Shown: positions 24,188 through 38,605 of the stretch, piece after piece
Layout of the letters: every line of letters starts with the position of its first letter
How positions within the stretch are numbered: position 1 is the first letter of the stretch
Origin: Bilabrum cf. latius
Lineage: Eukaryota
Length of the DNA: 49,064 nt
Direction of reading: 5' to 3'
NCBI GenBank assembly: GCA_965178125.1
Contig: OZ237739.1
Coordinates: 1,550,001-1,599,064 of the forward strand
Translations under genes and position numbers: made by a program
The notes under the pieces: generated by a model
What the model was told of the DNA's origin: nothing
Database searches by the model: none
Seen by the model: the letters and a program-made list of their open reading frames with translations, nothing else

Positions 24188-24764
24188 TGGTTCCCAGATT
24201 GTTGCGACTGATATGTTGATCTCCTGCTGAAATGTCGAGTTGACCACGAGAACCCGGTCGAAAGTTCTTATAGGACATGTTGAGGAGCTCCGCCTATCGC
24301 GCCCTGATGCCGGCAGTGGGCGGGGCCCTTGCGAGTTGATTTAGTTTTAGGACTCCATGCTTTTCGCTCCCGCCCATTCCAGCCATCGTGTCTGTAGAAG
24401 ACTGGCAGCATGCACTCGAGCCAGGGGCTGCGGGAGCGGCAGCTGGGTAGGCGGGAGACCGCTGCCGTACTACGACGGGCTGCCGCACTACCGTGGGTAG
24501 TCTATGTTGCAAAAAGATACCATTGAAATGATACACCAAGTACTGGCACAGATCAGCGAGTTGGTGCGACCGCTGGCGACCAATCGGTAATCGCCTGCGG
24601 AAGGCACCAAGTGGAGAACGCGAAGATGAAGACACTCCGAACTCAACGCAGCAGGCGTCCGTTAAATCAAAAACCGAGATTGCATCGGCAATTGCGTGAC
24701 TTGATCGGGCCGCAAGTTGGCCTCTGCATCTAGTACATTCCTACTGCTGTATTATTCTGCCGCC

Positions 24765-27700
24765 ATGTCCTTCTTGGCGGGCCGTCTTCGCTGGCTTGCG
24801 GAGGGATTCGAAGCCGAGCGAAAGGAGTACCTGCGGACCGCATTTTTCATCGCCAGACAGGCCCAGCTGGCTTATTTTTTGGTAGTAGCTGTGTATTTGA
24901 ACGCAGTTTTGCTCTGCAGGTCTGTGACGCTGGAAGTTGTGCTCGTTTCGCTGCGTTTTCCGGCCGGAAGCCCGGCATCAAGCGTTCTCGTGTACGTCGC
25001 CGCATTTGCAGGGGGTCTGATCGCAATTCTCGTGCTTGTTGCTGTATTCGAGCTCCTTGCATCCGTCCTTGCCGGTCGCGAATTGCTTGAATTGAAAAGG
25101 GCCGACTGTCACCCCAACGGCATGACCGGACGGCTGCTGTACGCCGCGATCCTTGCAACCAGGGACGAAGACTAGCTTGACGGATAGCACTCGAGCATCG
25201 ACGAGTAGGATGGAACGTTACCGCTTGCGCCGTCTCTGTCAGATGGAGCTGAGGCGGCCTTTGCGAGAGCCAAGCGCGGTCGGCGCATCGCCGTCCCGCA
25301 GCGACTTCGAGAGCGGGTTGTGTCTTCCCAGGGCAAGGGCGCTCGCAGGGCGAAGAGGCCGGCCGACGCGCCCCCCAAGTCCCAGCCCACCTCTGCCTCT
25401 GGGCCCACCGGGCAACGCACCAGCACGCAGCAGAGGGGCCGCCGCCTGTCCGTGTCTTCCGTCGACAGCATGACGCAGCAGAGGGGACTGGCGACCAAGG
25501 CAACCGGCTGGCAAGTGCGCGTAGGCTGCCAATGGTGGGACTGGCTCATGCAGCTGGCCATTCACGTGGGCCTGGAGCTGGGGCCGCTGCTCGCTGCAGT
25601 GGTGGTGAACCTCACCACGGGCCGACTCACTGCTGCTCTGTCCGCGTACATCGTCACCGGGGGCTTGATGGCCATGCTGCTCACGTGGATCTACTCGCTG
25701 GTGATCCTGGCCCAGGTGCTCGTGTTCCTTGCGGCGGTGGCCGTGGACCACTGCTGCTGCTGCTGCGCCGTGGCCTGCTGCGATGCACTCACTTCTCCTG
25801 TCCTGTGTATCCAGTGCTGCTGGAGGGCTACCATGGTTGTCACGTGCAACTGCTGCAGCCTGTGCAAGAAGAATACAGCTAGCGAGGCTGCGGATTCCAC
25901 TGCGAGGGCGACGCACACCCACGACCGACCAGCCGCCGACGTCGAGATGGCAGTTGTAAGACAAGAAGACAAAGTCGACAAGACAGCTCAAACCAAGGAA
26001 AGATCGGGCGCAGCATCACCTGCAGATGCGCCAAAGAGCAGCGCACGGGGCCTGCAGCACCCTGGCATCGTACAGTCCTTCGAGGACCCCATGCCCATGT
26101 CCGCCCTGTCCATCGCCATGTGTCTGGCCTGCTGGTTCGACGGTGGACCCCTGACCTCGCGCGACCAGCTCATCTGGTTCCTCGGCGCGCACGAGAGGAC
26201 GCAGCAACACATCAAGCGGAAATTCGAGGAAGACGCGGCGGGCTACTCGTGCGGCATGCTGGGCTGCCAGTGGCACGAGCACCTGTGCTTCTCGTTTTAC
26301 AGGTATGTGCTGAGCCCCGATGCCCAGAGAGGTAACGAAGTCTCTTGCAACCCGTCCAGATCTGCCCTGCCAGGCATCACATCAGTCGTTGTAGCAGCCG
26401 TTGTGTTCCTCGGGGTGCTCACCGGGCTGTCCTCCGGTGTGGTGCTCTCCATCGCCGTGGCACTGGCTGTGCTGCTGCTCGTGTACGTCCTGACCGGCCT
26501 GCTGCTTGCGTTCATCCAGCGCTGCGCAGGACGCACCACGGATGATGCAAACATCCCCGAGGAGATCATTCGCCGGAGACTGGAGGGTCACGAGGAGGAC
26601 TCGAGCTCCTAGGGCTCGTTGGACAAGCCTGACATGGAAAAGCAACAGTCCGAGCAGGCAGTCAAGGACAGGCTCACCGGTGACAACCTGCTGCCATGGG
26701 TCGATTCGATCCAGGCCTGCTGCTTCTACAGTTGCTGTTGTTTCATGTGCCCCGCCGGCAAGAAGCCAGTGGGCAGCTCTGGCCAAGCGAAGCAGGAGAA
26801 CACCAAAGGCCTGCACAACGTCAGCTAGCACGACGAAGACAAGATTGGTGAGATCGTGCCTTGCTGCGGTGCCGGGTGCAGGCTGGCTTTCCTGACTCCC
26901 AGGCATGCTGTGGCGTGGATCTTGCTGGTGGCCGCCACATTGGCCATCAGTTTCGGCGGGTGGTTTGCACTGGGCCAGCAGACTTAGCTGTCAGACGCTG
27001 CGGACGAGGACTCGGAAACCAGAGACGACCTGACCGACGTGCCGGCAGAGCAGCTGACTGCCATTGTCTTCATTTTGGGAGGCCTCGCCCTGTTCGGGTT
27101 AGACCTGCTGTGGATCGCGCTGATGCTTCCGTCCTGTGTGTCCAGCCCCATCCCGGGGCGACTCGCGGATGACGTGCGGGAGATGCACGTGGCAGTCATT
27201 GCGACCTTCTTGACGCTGTTTGCCCTCTTCCTGGGCTTGGCGTGCGATGTGTGTGCCCCCACTTTCTAGATCATTGCGGTCATTGCTGCGTTTACCATGC
27301 TGTGGCGGCTCTACCTGCTGTACGATGCTGCGACGGGCCGCTTCAGCACAGCGCCTTGGCTGGCTGTTGTGAAGCAGAGCTACTCCCTCACTCGCATGGC
27401 CATGTCCTACACGACCTTGTTCGGTGAACCATGGGTGGTCAGCGACAGCACCCTGCAGCTACTGGTGGGATACGCCAAGCTGGATCCTGCAAAGCTTGCC
27501 TTGCATCACGCCAAGAAGATCAAGTCGGCGAACGTGGCTGCGGAAGCGATCGGCTCTGCTCGAGCAAGCGCGGAGTCCAGCCACGCGGTATCTGCCAGTG
27601 TGCCAACCGAGGCCGAAGACATTGACACAGAGCTGGCAAGCAGCCAGGGCAAGGATGCAGTTGACCCTGAGTTGGGCTCTACGAGTGCAGGCGGGGCAGC

Positions 27701-29111
27701 AGCAGCTGCGCACGGCGCAGACGATGACAAGACGCCCGATGCACCTGCACAGGCGTGGGGCTCATTCCGCAAGCCGCTCGAGGTGCCTGCCTCGGAAGCA
27801 TAGCGCTCCGCTGATGCCGTCGCGGCCGGCTCGGATGCCCCGCTGGTCGCCAGCGGCTAGACGCAGAAGCAAGAGCACCAGACCGACCCCGCAGAGCGAG
27901 TCCGCGCACTGCAACGGCTCCCTGACGTCGCCCGCCGCCTGCTGCCAGGCCTACGCGCTCTGGTAGGAAGCTGGGAGGCCACGAGTCAGATGAGCTGGCA
28001 AAACACCCCTGGGTTCCTGCAGATCCTTGAGACAAGCGTGTCGCCTGTGCCTCACCCCACTGGCCCCATCGCCGCTGCTGGTATCACCCTCGGGATCGGG
28101 CTGTTCCTGGTGCTGCTCGTGGGCTCAGTGGTGGTGACAGACCAGGTCCATGAAGCCACGGACCGCCCTCTCCACGGAAACTTCACTTCCAAGCCCGGCG
28201 AGGACAGGCTGGGACGACGGTACCCGGCGTGCGACCTGCAGCTGGACCGGGCAGGTCGCCTGACCGTGATGGACGCAATCCTGGCCTCGCAGCTGGCCTA
28301 CCGCACCAGTGAGGATGCGTTCGACTCTGACTTTTCGGCGTGGTTCTAGGAGCCGCAGGATGAGGCCCAGTGGACTCTGGTGCGCCGCGTGAACGAGACT
28401 GCAGACGTGTCCGTGGGAGTCTCAGACCAGCCGCAGTCCGTGCTGCGGTACTTTGTGGCAGAGTCAGAGCCGTGGAACACCCGGCTGGTGGGAGTGCGGG
28501 GTACCACGGTGGGCAGGGATGTAGTGGCAGACCTGGACATATTCGCGGAGGGAGCTCTGCTGGATGCAGCCCTGGCCCTGCTGCCCGCGGGTGCGTACAT
28601 GGAGAGCGACTGGAAGGCGTGGCTGGCCGCTCGCGTATCCGACCTGGCCTCGCCCCTGAGGGCCATCGGCGTGGATGACTCGCTGCGTGGCATCGAGGGA
28701 TACCTGAAGCAGCTGGACAGCTCGGACTAGGCCGCAAACCGACGCATGGACACGATCGTGGTGGGGCACAGCCTTGGGGGCGCTTTCGCTATTCTGGTGG
28801 GGGCTCGGCAGGACATGCGGGCCGTGGGCGTGAGTGCCCCCGGGCTGGGCATGACGAGGGGCAAGTTCGACGTGTCGGCGGAGGCACTGCAGAGGCACGG
28901 GTTCTCGCTGCACTCCGAGCACGACCTGGTGAGCCTGGTAGACGACAAGCTGGTCCCGGCCCAGGCGTGGCCCTGCGACCTGGACCAGTGGGGCACCTCC
29001 GGGTGCCACATGCTGGACGCGCCCTGGGAGACCTTTTCGCAGTCATGCGGGGACATGCACGGCCGGACTATGCTCGCGACCACTGGGGAGCGGAGTGGAG
29101 AGTACTTGTGA
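24765..29111 (+). CDS. Large multi-pass membrane protein with C-terminal class-3 lipase domain (~1448 aa with TAG=Gln)
   Basis: Eight ORF-track fragments in one frame, joined across 11 TAG. LVGVRGT, IVVGHSLGG, GVSAPG, DLVSLVD and GCH motifs; TGA stop. Confidence 0.8.
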
Positions 29112-29340
29112 GCGGGCGTGCGCGCGGACAATGTGGGTGGATGGGCGTGCTCGATGCAACCGATGCATGCCGGGCATTGTTGGTGGGCCCTTGCGTCTGG
29201 CTGCGTGATCAGACTAGATATCCATACGCCCCTCCGAACAGATCGATCGAAAAATAATGAACATGCTGATGTATCCCAAAAGCATGATCAAGCTGGAGTA
29301 TAGCGCAACAGCATGCCAGGTGAGTGGCATACTCAGCAGG

Positions 29341-30255
<915 letters not shown>

Positions 30256-30426
30256 GTTGCACCTGGTGGAGATATGATCGAGTGGGCAGCAAATCTTGCG
30301 TCCAAGTAAGTGCACGCTACAGCAAGGACCTGCGGCGGCCCGGGAGCCGAGCCAGGCCAATAAGGTCAGGAGTGGGCAATTTAAAGGTACAAATAGGTAG
30401 AGAGTCCTAGCATTATCGCTTTATAG

Positions 30427-31707
30427 TTATTCCTCGTTTGGTTTTCTCGCGAACACTGCTACGAGCGGCCACTCGAACGTGAGTGATACACCAGCACTGC
30501 CTGTCTCCTATACCACAGCATCCAGCATCACCCGCCTGGCTTCCTCGACAGGATCTGAGACCACATCCTGCATCGCGACTCCCTGCGTCCTCATAGACGC
30601 CCCCTGCACCTCCGCGGCTCTTGCTCTCATCATGGCCTGGTATCCGGACCAAGACCGCATGTAACCCAGCAGATCGTCGATGGACATCTGCCTCCGGATG
30701 CTCAGCCCCTTCAGCTCGCCCACGTCCTCCCATCGACTGCGGCCTTCGCTGTCCGGCACACCTCCATCCGGCAAATTCTCCCAGGACCAGCACGGCAGCG
30801 AGGACGCCCCCTCTCTCTAACTGACAGACCACGCCACTGAAGGGTCCGCCACACTGGCCCACCCTGCCTCACCATATTCATCGGCAGCAACACCTGCCTC
30901 CACTGGCACCCCTGGCAATGGCAGGGTGCTGCTCTGCGCTGGGTGCATACCCACCAGTCCGCCGTCCAGCCTCCTCCTGCGCTCGTCCCAGAAAGGCCCC
31001 GTGAGGTCGTGGAACATGCGCTGGACCAGCGAGTCCGAGACCTGCTGCACCTTTGCGAGGTCGTTGGAGCCTCCAGTGGCCGTTGGGCTGGTACTACTAG
31101 TAGGACTGGCATGCTTGGCCGCGGCAGTGACTCTGCCCATGGTGTATCCCCAGTAGGCAAGAGTGCCTCCGGGCCGGAGCACGCGGTAGGCCTCGCGGTA
31201 GAATTCAGGAAGGTCCATCCAGTGAATGGCTTGTGCGCACACAAGCAGATCAACCGCGCTGTCCCCCACAGGGACGCTGGCCCTTGACAAGGCCTCGGCT
31301 TGCCCGGTACCAAGCACGATGCGCTGCGTCCATGCAGCAGTCTTCGAGTCGAGTAGCTTTCTGTACGCACCTATTTGTGCTTCGGAATCATCAATGGCGA
31401 TAACTTTGTCGAAGCGCCGAGTTAGCTCGTTTGCAACCTAGCCGGTGCCGCATCCAATGTCGAGCGCAATGCGATTGCTAGCCCCCGTTCGTGTCCTGCT
31501 CATAAACTACCATAATGCATCATATAACTCAGTAGGATAGGTAGGTCGGAAATTTGCATACGTTGAGGCGTGCTCGGTGTGTTGAAATTGGTTGTTTGTG
31601 CTCAGGAGCCGACTTGCAGGTACACAAGTTCTAGTAGCGGGAAGTACTGTGACTCGATATGTCTTCCGCACGAGCCGTGGCATCCTTTGAAAAACGGGTA
31701 TCTGCAT
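30427..31707 (-). CDS. Class I SAM-dependent methyltransferase (Methyltransf_11, TMT1/DDB_G0268948-like)
   Basis: YANFRPTYP, LDIGCGTG*VA, CAQAIHWMD, RVLRPGGTLAYWGY, GYMRSWSGY, WPLVAVFARK. 4 in-frame TAG; TAA stop at 30429-30427. Start may instead be 31683. Confidence 0.88.
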
Positions 31708-31907
31708 CGTATGTCCTGCTTTTCTGCAGCTGTGTTCGCTGCAGTGCAAATCTTGACCTAAATTCTTGGATGGACCCGGACCACCGTCTGCCAGTGCTGC
31801 AACTGCCGCTGGCAGTGGCAGTGCGCGGGAAAGACGTACGCCGTTCACATTGACCGAATGCAATCATCGGTAAATTAGGGACTTTAGCACTCTGACGAAA
31901 ATCAGCA

Positions 31908-33030
31908 ATGACCAATCCAGCGAAGAGCAGTGGCGTGGCCCATGGGAAGCACAGAGACTGCCATGTATCTCACGCTCAGACTCCCTTCATTTTGGGTGGA
32001 TACCGTCAGCATCCGTCCACATGTGAAGCCTTTCTGTCTGCAATATAGTGGCACAATTAGACCGTGAGCGTTGATCTGGACGAAATGCCGCTTAATCTAC
32101 GCACAGACACTCTCGCCTTTGCCCGAACCAAAGACACCGAAACGGATGCCAAAGTCACTTGTCTCGCAGCTGAACATTTGGACACATGCTGTTGGAGTTG
32201 TTGTAGTCGTGTCACTGTACATTAGATTTTTGGGCTCTCAATGGGCATCAGGCCTAAATACAAGCGACGTCGTGGCACTTTCCAGCGCCTACTTTGGCAG
32301 CATCATCTGCCTCGCGCTCTCGAGCCTGTACCACGTGCAGATAAGCGGGCCTCCCGATGCAATCCAGATCTACTTTGCGCTCGACCTCACGGGTATCGTG
32401 GTGGCAATCGTGGGGAGCTACATTGCAGGCATTCACGCAGCCTGGCCCTGCATGGTCGCTCTCAAGGTCGTATACCTGGCGCCCCCCATCAGCAGCGCAG
32501 CCATCCAGGTGTTTATGCTAGCGTGGGACCACAACACGTTTTTGTCAAAGGCATGGGACAATACCAGAGTGCTGTTATTCAGCAGTGAGTGCCCACTTCC
32601 CGTGCCCTAGGCTGCTATCCGATGCTCGCTTTCTGTGCAACTCAATCTCTCTCCCATCGTGCCTGCGAGTCCATTCGCAGTACCCACGGTGCTTGGTCTC
32701 ATCCCAGCCATCCACTGGACGATTGCCTCGTCCACGTAGGAGGAACGAGACCTATTTCTGGTCCGGCTGTTCGGCATGTTCGGGCTGTACGGGACGGGGC
32801 TGGCTGTCTACCTCGCCCGAGTCCCGGAGCGATGGGCGCCGGGCTCATTTGACACGCTCGGCAGCTCCCACCAGTGGTGGCACCTGTTCGTTCTAGCTGC
32901 CCAGCTCTTGTGGATCACCGGGATGGAGGAGTACTACCAGGCGCACCGGCACGGAAAGGAGTGTCCGGTGGGGGCGGGTGCGGAGTCGTATGAAGCCCAT
33001 GTCGGGTTCAAGGGGCCAGAAGGGCTGTGA
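31908..33030 (+). CDS. PAQR / hemolysin-III family (adiponectin-receptor-like) membrane protein; 2 introns
   Basis: PFILGGYR, WHN*T|LNIWTH, SSLYH, LDLTGI, PERWAPGSFDTLGSSHQWWHLFV. Introns 32064-32169 and 32585-32680; 3 TAG; TGA stop. Confidence 0.92.
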
Positions 33031-33104
33031 AGCCCATGTCGGGTTCAAGGGGCCAGAAGGGCTGTGAAGCCCATGTCGGGTTCAAGGGGCCAGAAGGGCT
33101 GTGA
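32991..33104. repeat. 37-bp tandem repeat x3 spanning the PAQR stop codon
   Basis: tgaagcccatgtcgggttcaaggggccagaagggctg in three exact copies. Confidence 0.95.
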
Positions 33105-33268
33105 GCGTGCCCATGTTTATTTTCAAGATTTTGAGGGGTTGGGAGTGTCAGTCAACAGTGACGATGATGACTTTTAAAGAAAGATTGTAAGCAACAACAC
33201 TGAACATGGTCCAATTTTCGCATCATGGCTGTGATGATGTGGCGCTAGCAGCTGGCGCCTCGCACTGC

Positions 33269-34202
33269 TCAATCGCTCTCGTCGCCGCTAGATCCACCGT
33301 CCGACTCGTCTCCACTGCCCTCACCATCGTCGCTGTCCCCACCATCGCTGCCATCATCACCGCTGTCCCCGTCTTCGTCTTCTTCTTCCTCTGGAGATGC
33401 CTTGTCCCCAGCTGCACCTCCTGCCGCCCCCTCCACAAAGTCTTCGATGCGATACAGAGTGGCCAGCTTCTTGCGGTGCCCAGCCAGGCTCACCCCCACT
33501 GCGTCCAAGTCCCGGTCTGCCAGGCCTGCTTTCGCGATAAAATCAACATCGTCGAAGCCTTGCTGAATCATCGGGATGAAGTATTCCTCCAGACCGATTC
33601 GTTTCAACCAGTCTAGCATCCGAGGTTGCGGGCCCCTGCCAGCCTCGTACGAAGCCAGCACCGGAACCAAGCTCAAGTGACCTGCTTCCTTTGCGAGCTG
33701 AGACGCGATTTTGCCGCTAGATTCTGGTAAGCTTGCGTCAGCTCCAAAGTCACAAAGCATTCTGCAGACAGCCTCGTGCCCAAACGCAGCAGCGTAGTGC
33801 AAGGCAGAGTTGCCCTTGCCGTCCAAGGCATCAACTCGGCATTTCGAAGTCACCAGCAGCTTGGCAACTTCAGTGTGTCCAAATCTAGCAGCAAGGTGCA
33901 ACGGCCTGAATCCGTCCCCGCGAGTCGCTGCGTCTACGCTGCAACTGGCCTCAATCAGAGATTCAACCGCTTTCAACGAGCCGTCGGCGCATGCGGCATG
34001 GAGAGCTCCCCAAGCGGATCCCGCCTGCTACTTAAGGTAAACTACGGTAGTGCAGCAACACCTATGAACATTTCTCCGGAGCACAAGACATCCTAGCGAA
34101 GCTTCTCACACTCGGTGGTTGAGCGGATTGAGCGGCACGCTCTCGCTCTTCTCTGACCTTCGGCACGTCCCCAACTCTCGCAGCAGATAGCATGCGCTCC
34201 AT
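33269..34202 (-). CDS. Ankyrin-repeat and SAM-domain protein with acidic tail; one inferred 5' intron
   Basis: PLHLAARFGH, SALHYAAAFGH; SAM WLKRIGLEEY...GHRKKL; TGA stop. Exon 1 (MERMLSAARVGD) is out of frame with the rest, so an intron ending ~34028 is inferred. Confidence 0.8.
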
Positions 34203-34393
34203 TGCAAGGTAATATTCTGTTTGCGCTCCAACGATCTGCCCATGCGAAGGGCATTCAACGCAACGGCAACAGCCGTATAACCACACGCAACAAACCACTA
34301 TATCCGGAGCCTTGCCGGAGCCGGATCGAAACGTGCACACGCAGCACCGCAGTCTTTATCGATCCGCTTTTCCCGCAAATCAAATTTTTAATC

Positions 34394-37300
34394 ATGCGTC
34401 GTAGTGGCAGAAGGTCGCACCATGGCGTATCGAAGCTTGCATCTGGTGCATTTAAAGCCGTGTTGGTGGCCCCGCCGGATCTGTATAAAGAGCTCGGCGA
34501 GTTCGATGCAGCTGAAGCAGCCGCCCGGGCAGTTGATCGAGCAACTATCGAGCATTTTGGTCGAGAGAAGGTACCAGTGGACCGGCTAAACTTTCCAGAT
34601 GACGTTGATAGAACTCTTGCTGATGATGATAGTAACAATGGAAGCTGCGAAGTCTGTGAAATGGGCGGAGAGCTTCTATGCTGCGACTTTTGCTCCTTGA
34701 CGTTCCATCTGGGTTGCTTAGAGCCCCCGCTGGAGTAGCCGCCGACTGGGGAGTGGATGTGTCCGGTATGCACGCTCGAGCAGGGCAAAGGTGAAGGCAA
34801 ATGCCCAAGGTGCCATGATCAAGGCATCCAAACCGTCCAAGGCCTGAGGATGCATTTTGAAGGAAAGTGCAGGAAAGCTCGGGCACAGCAAGTCACGAGC
34901 TCGGGTGCCAGTGGATCTGCTTCAGATGCAGCCAGCCACGAGCCCGGATCCTCGTCCAAGAAGGCAAGGTCAAAAACCGACCGGTCCAAGGGGAAACGCA
35001 CGCCGCGAGGCCGCAAAACCAGCATGATAGCATCAGCAGTTTCGGTCAATGAGGCCCCTGCATCCTTGGATCACGGTGACATCGATGGCCCGAGCCTCCC
35101 CGCCGTGGAGGTGGACGCGCCACCGGCAGCCGAGCCCAGCGAATCGGCTCTTGGCAGCAAGCGATAGAGGTCGCAGGACGACGTGTCGCAAGCACATGCG
35201 ACATTGTCAGCCGGTGCAGCAGCTGCCACTTCTCACCAGCCTGTATCAGCTGATCTGCTGCTGGAGTGCTGCCGGTCGGTCCCAGCCCAGGCAGGCGTTT
35301 TGGTCACCCTCGCCGCCATGCACTCGTCATGCAGGGCGGCTGTGCAGAGGAGTAGGCAGCAGTTTGATGCGCTTGTGTCTGCTGGCACTTTGAAAGAGGG
35401 CGGCGGCGGCAGCGGCAGATCGGCTCCCTCTTCTTCTTCATCTAGCCACTGGCAGCAGGCATGCAAGCTTGCAGTCAGCAGAGCAGCTCTGCAGGGCATG
35501 TTTGGCCGCAAGAATGCAAGAGCATCGGCTGACGCTGCTGCATCGTCGTCTTCCTCCGCTGGGTCTAGCTCTGGGTCCCCTGCTGCAGACAGCCCTCTCC
35601 CGTCGTCCATCCTGGGACCGATCCGGCAGGCATGCCGCCGGTTCGCCTCCATCAGCCTTGGGGCGAGACGACACCAGAGGGCAAACTTGGCCTCGCAATC
35701 GCTTAAAGAGCGCCGCGCGAGAGGATCTAGGCTGTACCGAGGCGTGGCGACAGTGGATGGCATGCCAGGCGTGGTAGCAAGCCAGGTGCCTGTAGCGCCC
35801 CGCAGGTTCACATCGTCAGTTCGCATCGACGGGCACACACACACTCTTGGTGCGTATGCGAGCCCTGAGGTGGCTGCTAGAGCACACGATCTCGCCCTTG
35901 CGGTAGGCTCGTAGCTGTCTGGCAGGAACTGGAAGGACGATGCGCAAGTGCTGCGAGCTGTGGGCGATGCGGCTCTGGCAAACGCGAAGTCAGAGTCTCA
36001 CGGTCTAGCCTCTGCTCAGTATGAAGCATCTTCATCATCGCAAAACGCAGCGATTAGCTCGGCAGATGAGGCCAATGCGTTCTGCATTGAAGCTACCCAG
36101 CAGCTGCTCGAGAGTGCTGTCACTGACGGTGTCGTGGCGGAGCAAACAGTCGGATCAACGGTACCTGATACTCCTATCTTGCAGGCAACAGGGATTGCAA
36201 AGTGGCCAGCTGTGTAGGGCGTGCAGGGTTCAACAAGGCCAGCTAGCAATCTGCATTGCTTAGTCTGCAACGATGACCCGCATGTGCCTGCTTGCGACTC
36301 ATGCGGGTGCCGGGTTTGTTTCGGCACGCACGACCGGTGGAGCACACTGGTGTGCGGCGTTTGCCATGGAGCCTACCACCGGGGCTGCTTGCTTGCAGGC
36401 GCGCCCAAGTCTCTAAAAGCTGCGTGGATTTGCCCTCTTCCAAGTTGCTAGGCGACTACTGCAGCTGCAAGCTCTGAAGGTGCAGCGGCCACGTCACGTG
36501 CGACATCCAGCAGCCAGACAGCAGCCAAGGTGTCAGACCCAGTCGAGGTCTCAGTCTCACAGCTCGACGTGCTGGCGCCTTAGGGGTCCAGGCCTGGCAT
36601 CGGGCTGAACAACGCGGTGTGGGACGCGGTGGCAAAGGTCTGCGACGCTGCTGCTACCTCTGACTGGCAGGGCCGTGATCTGCCCATGAGCTCGCTCCCA
36701 GTGGATGTGCAGGGGGCATTTGTAGCTCTGTCTCGATTTGGGGCTGCGTATCACGACCAAGAGGCCGATTCTAGCGCTGGAGACCTTATCCGAGGAGTTG
36801 CAAGCGTATACCGCTCGGTGTCGAAGGATATTGCCCTGGATGATATCGCGCTTCGGTGCCAGCAGGCTGCTGTGCTGCAGCAGTTGCAAGCTGCGAGCAT
36901 TGCTGGGGCTCGTACTGGCGCTAGGACCGGGGCTAGATAGCACCGGCATGCACGGGCTGGTGTTGTAGCGTCCGTGGTGCAGGGCAGGAGTGCATCGAAG
37001 GGGCATATTGCCGCGGCGATAGATACCACGGAAGAGCCGCCGACGAAGCGACGCCGTGTGCCATCCTCGCGAGCAGCTGCTGGCTACAGCGTGGAAGCAG
37101 CCGCGAGCGGTCCTCCGCATCGGAAAGAGGTGTCACCGCCAGCAGCAAGAGGTACGATCCCTGCAAAGCAGTCTCCCGATGTCCCACAGCCTGCTCGATC
37201 CGACACTCGCAAATCGACGATTGGCGCAGCCAGCTCCAGCGAGGTCCCAGAGGCTGCAAGCTTGGTACCTGACGTGGAGATTATTCCCGCCAAGCGCTCT

Positions 37301-38605
37301 CGTGAGCTGGGAAGCATGCTACTGCGAGTCTGTTAGCATCCGGTACGCGTCAGCCAGGTGCAGTGCTGGGGGTCTACAGGCGTTGGGCTTGATGCAGGCA
37401 GCTCGGCGACACTGAGTCGGCCTCGCTTGCTTGCGCAGGTGGCCAGCGCCCTTCGAAACCAGACCCGGACGGGTCGTGCGTCTGTGTCTAGCGGGGATGC
37501 CAGAAGCAAGAGCCGCAGCTGGGGGGCAGGCTGGGATGGGCCGGTGCTGGAGTACAGACGGGGCACGATCCAGGCGCTAGGCGGGTATGAAGCCACCATG
37601 CAGGCAGTGGGTATCTCTACGCAGAGAACATCCAGCAGCGGCTATCGGTCTGCACAGTCTTCGTCCTCGCGAGAGTCAAGCCGCGGCGGAGGCGGTTCGC
37701 GCTCTAGCCGGTCCAGTTCAAGCAGTGCGCAAGCCGGCTCTACAGGGGGCACGGGCCCGGTTGGGCTGAGAGCCTAGCTGAATGCCCTCGGGGCCAGGCT
37801 GGGTATGTCCTCCGTTCTATCGTCCCGTAGAGCCGAGGCAGGCTCCGCGTCACACCAGAAAGGCGCCTCCTAGCGGGGCAGGAGAACTGAGAAGCATGCG
37901 GCCGCCGACCAAGTGTCCCGGCTCCTCGTGGCGCTGCCGCCTTCAAGCGCCGTCAGGGATGCTGCGTGCGCCTCTGGCACGCTAGATGCAGCATCGCGTA
38001 CCTGCAATGCCGCCCTGGCTCGCAAGATGTGGTCAGCACGAAGTCGCACCTCCACTTAGCGCCCGCCTGTGGCTGCTGCCGCTGAAAATTCTGTGGCAGG
38101 CCTTGGGGGCAAGCCCAGTCCCTGGCATCGGCAGGTGCCTCTCGAAGCGATCGAGCTGGACGCACGGGACGGAGCGAGAGGATGGGTGGGGATGCCCTCC
38201 AGCCACGGGCACAGCAGCAGCGCCGGTCGGCTGCCCGCGTGTGGCCCGCATGTGCTGGACGTTCTAGGGGCCGCGAGGTAGGCCGCTGCAACTCGGAGTG
38301 GTGTTGTAGTCGGTGTGCAGCGACTGGCTGGTGGGGTGCCGCCGGCCATGGGCGGCAGGCAGCTGGCATCCTCCGATATTGAAATCTAGGGTTCGGCCGA
38401 CCTGCTGGTTGCTAGTGCAGAGTGGCAAGCTTCTAGGGGGGTTGATAGCGATGGTGCAGCCGCTGAGGCTGATCAAGGGGAAGATGACCGTGACCGGCTT
38501 CACTCAGGCCCATGCGTTCCCCAGCAACCGCCTGACCTTTTGACAGGCCTATCGCGGATAGAAGCGGTAGAACATGGCACGGGCTAGCTTGCAATGTAGA
38601 CTTGA
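34394..38605 (+). CDS. Chromatin/transcription factor with two AP2-like domains and two PHD fingers (~1403 aa with TAG=Gln)
   Basis: AP2-like LGEFDAAEAAARAVD...LNFP and YRGV...LGAYASPEVAARAHD. PHD CEVC...CCDFC..FHLGCLEPPLE*PPTGEWMCPVC and CRVC...CGVCHGAYHRGC...WICP. 15 in-frame TAG and no TAA/TGA until 38603. Confidence 0.8.

Noticed and set aside
24250-24760. Possible ncRNA or small gene (tgggcggg/cccgccca inverted repeat; 113-aa minus ORF)
   Set aside because: No recognisable RNA family or protein motif, and an 8-bp inverted repeat is expected by chance at this GC content.
26847-26903. Apparent GT..AG intron in the lipase gene
   Set aside because: The frame is open and plausible through this stretch without splicing, so no intron is needed.
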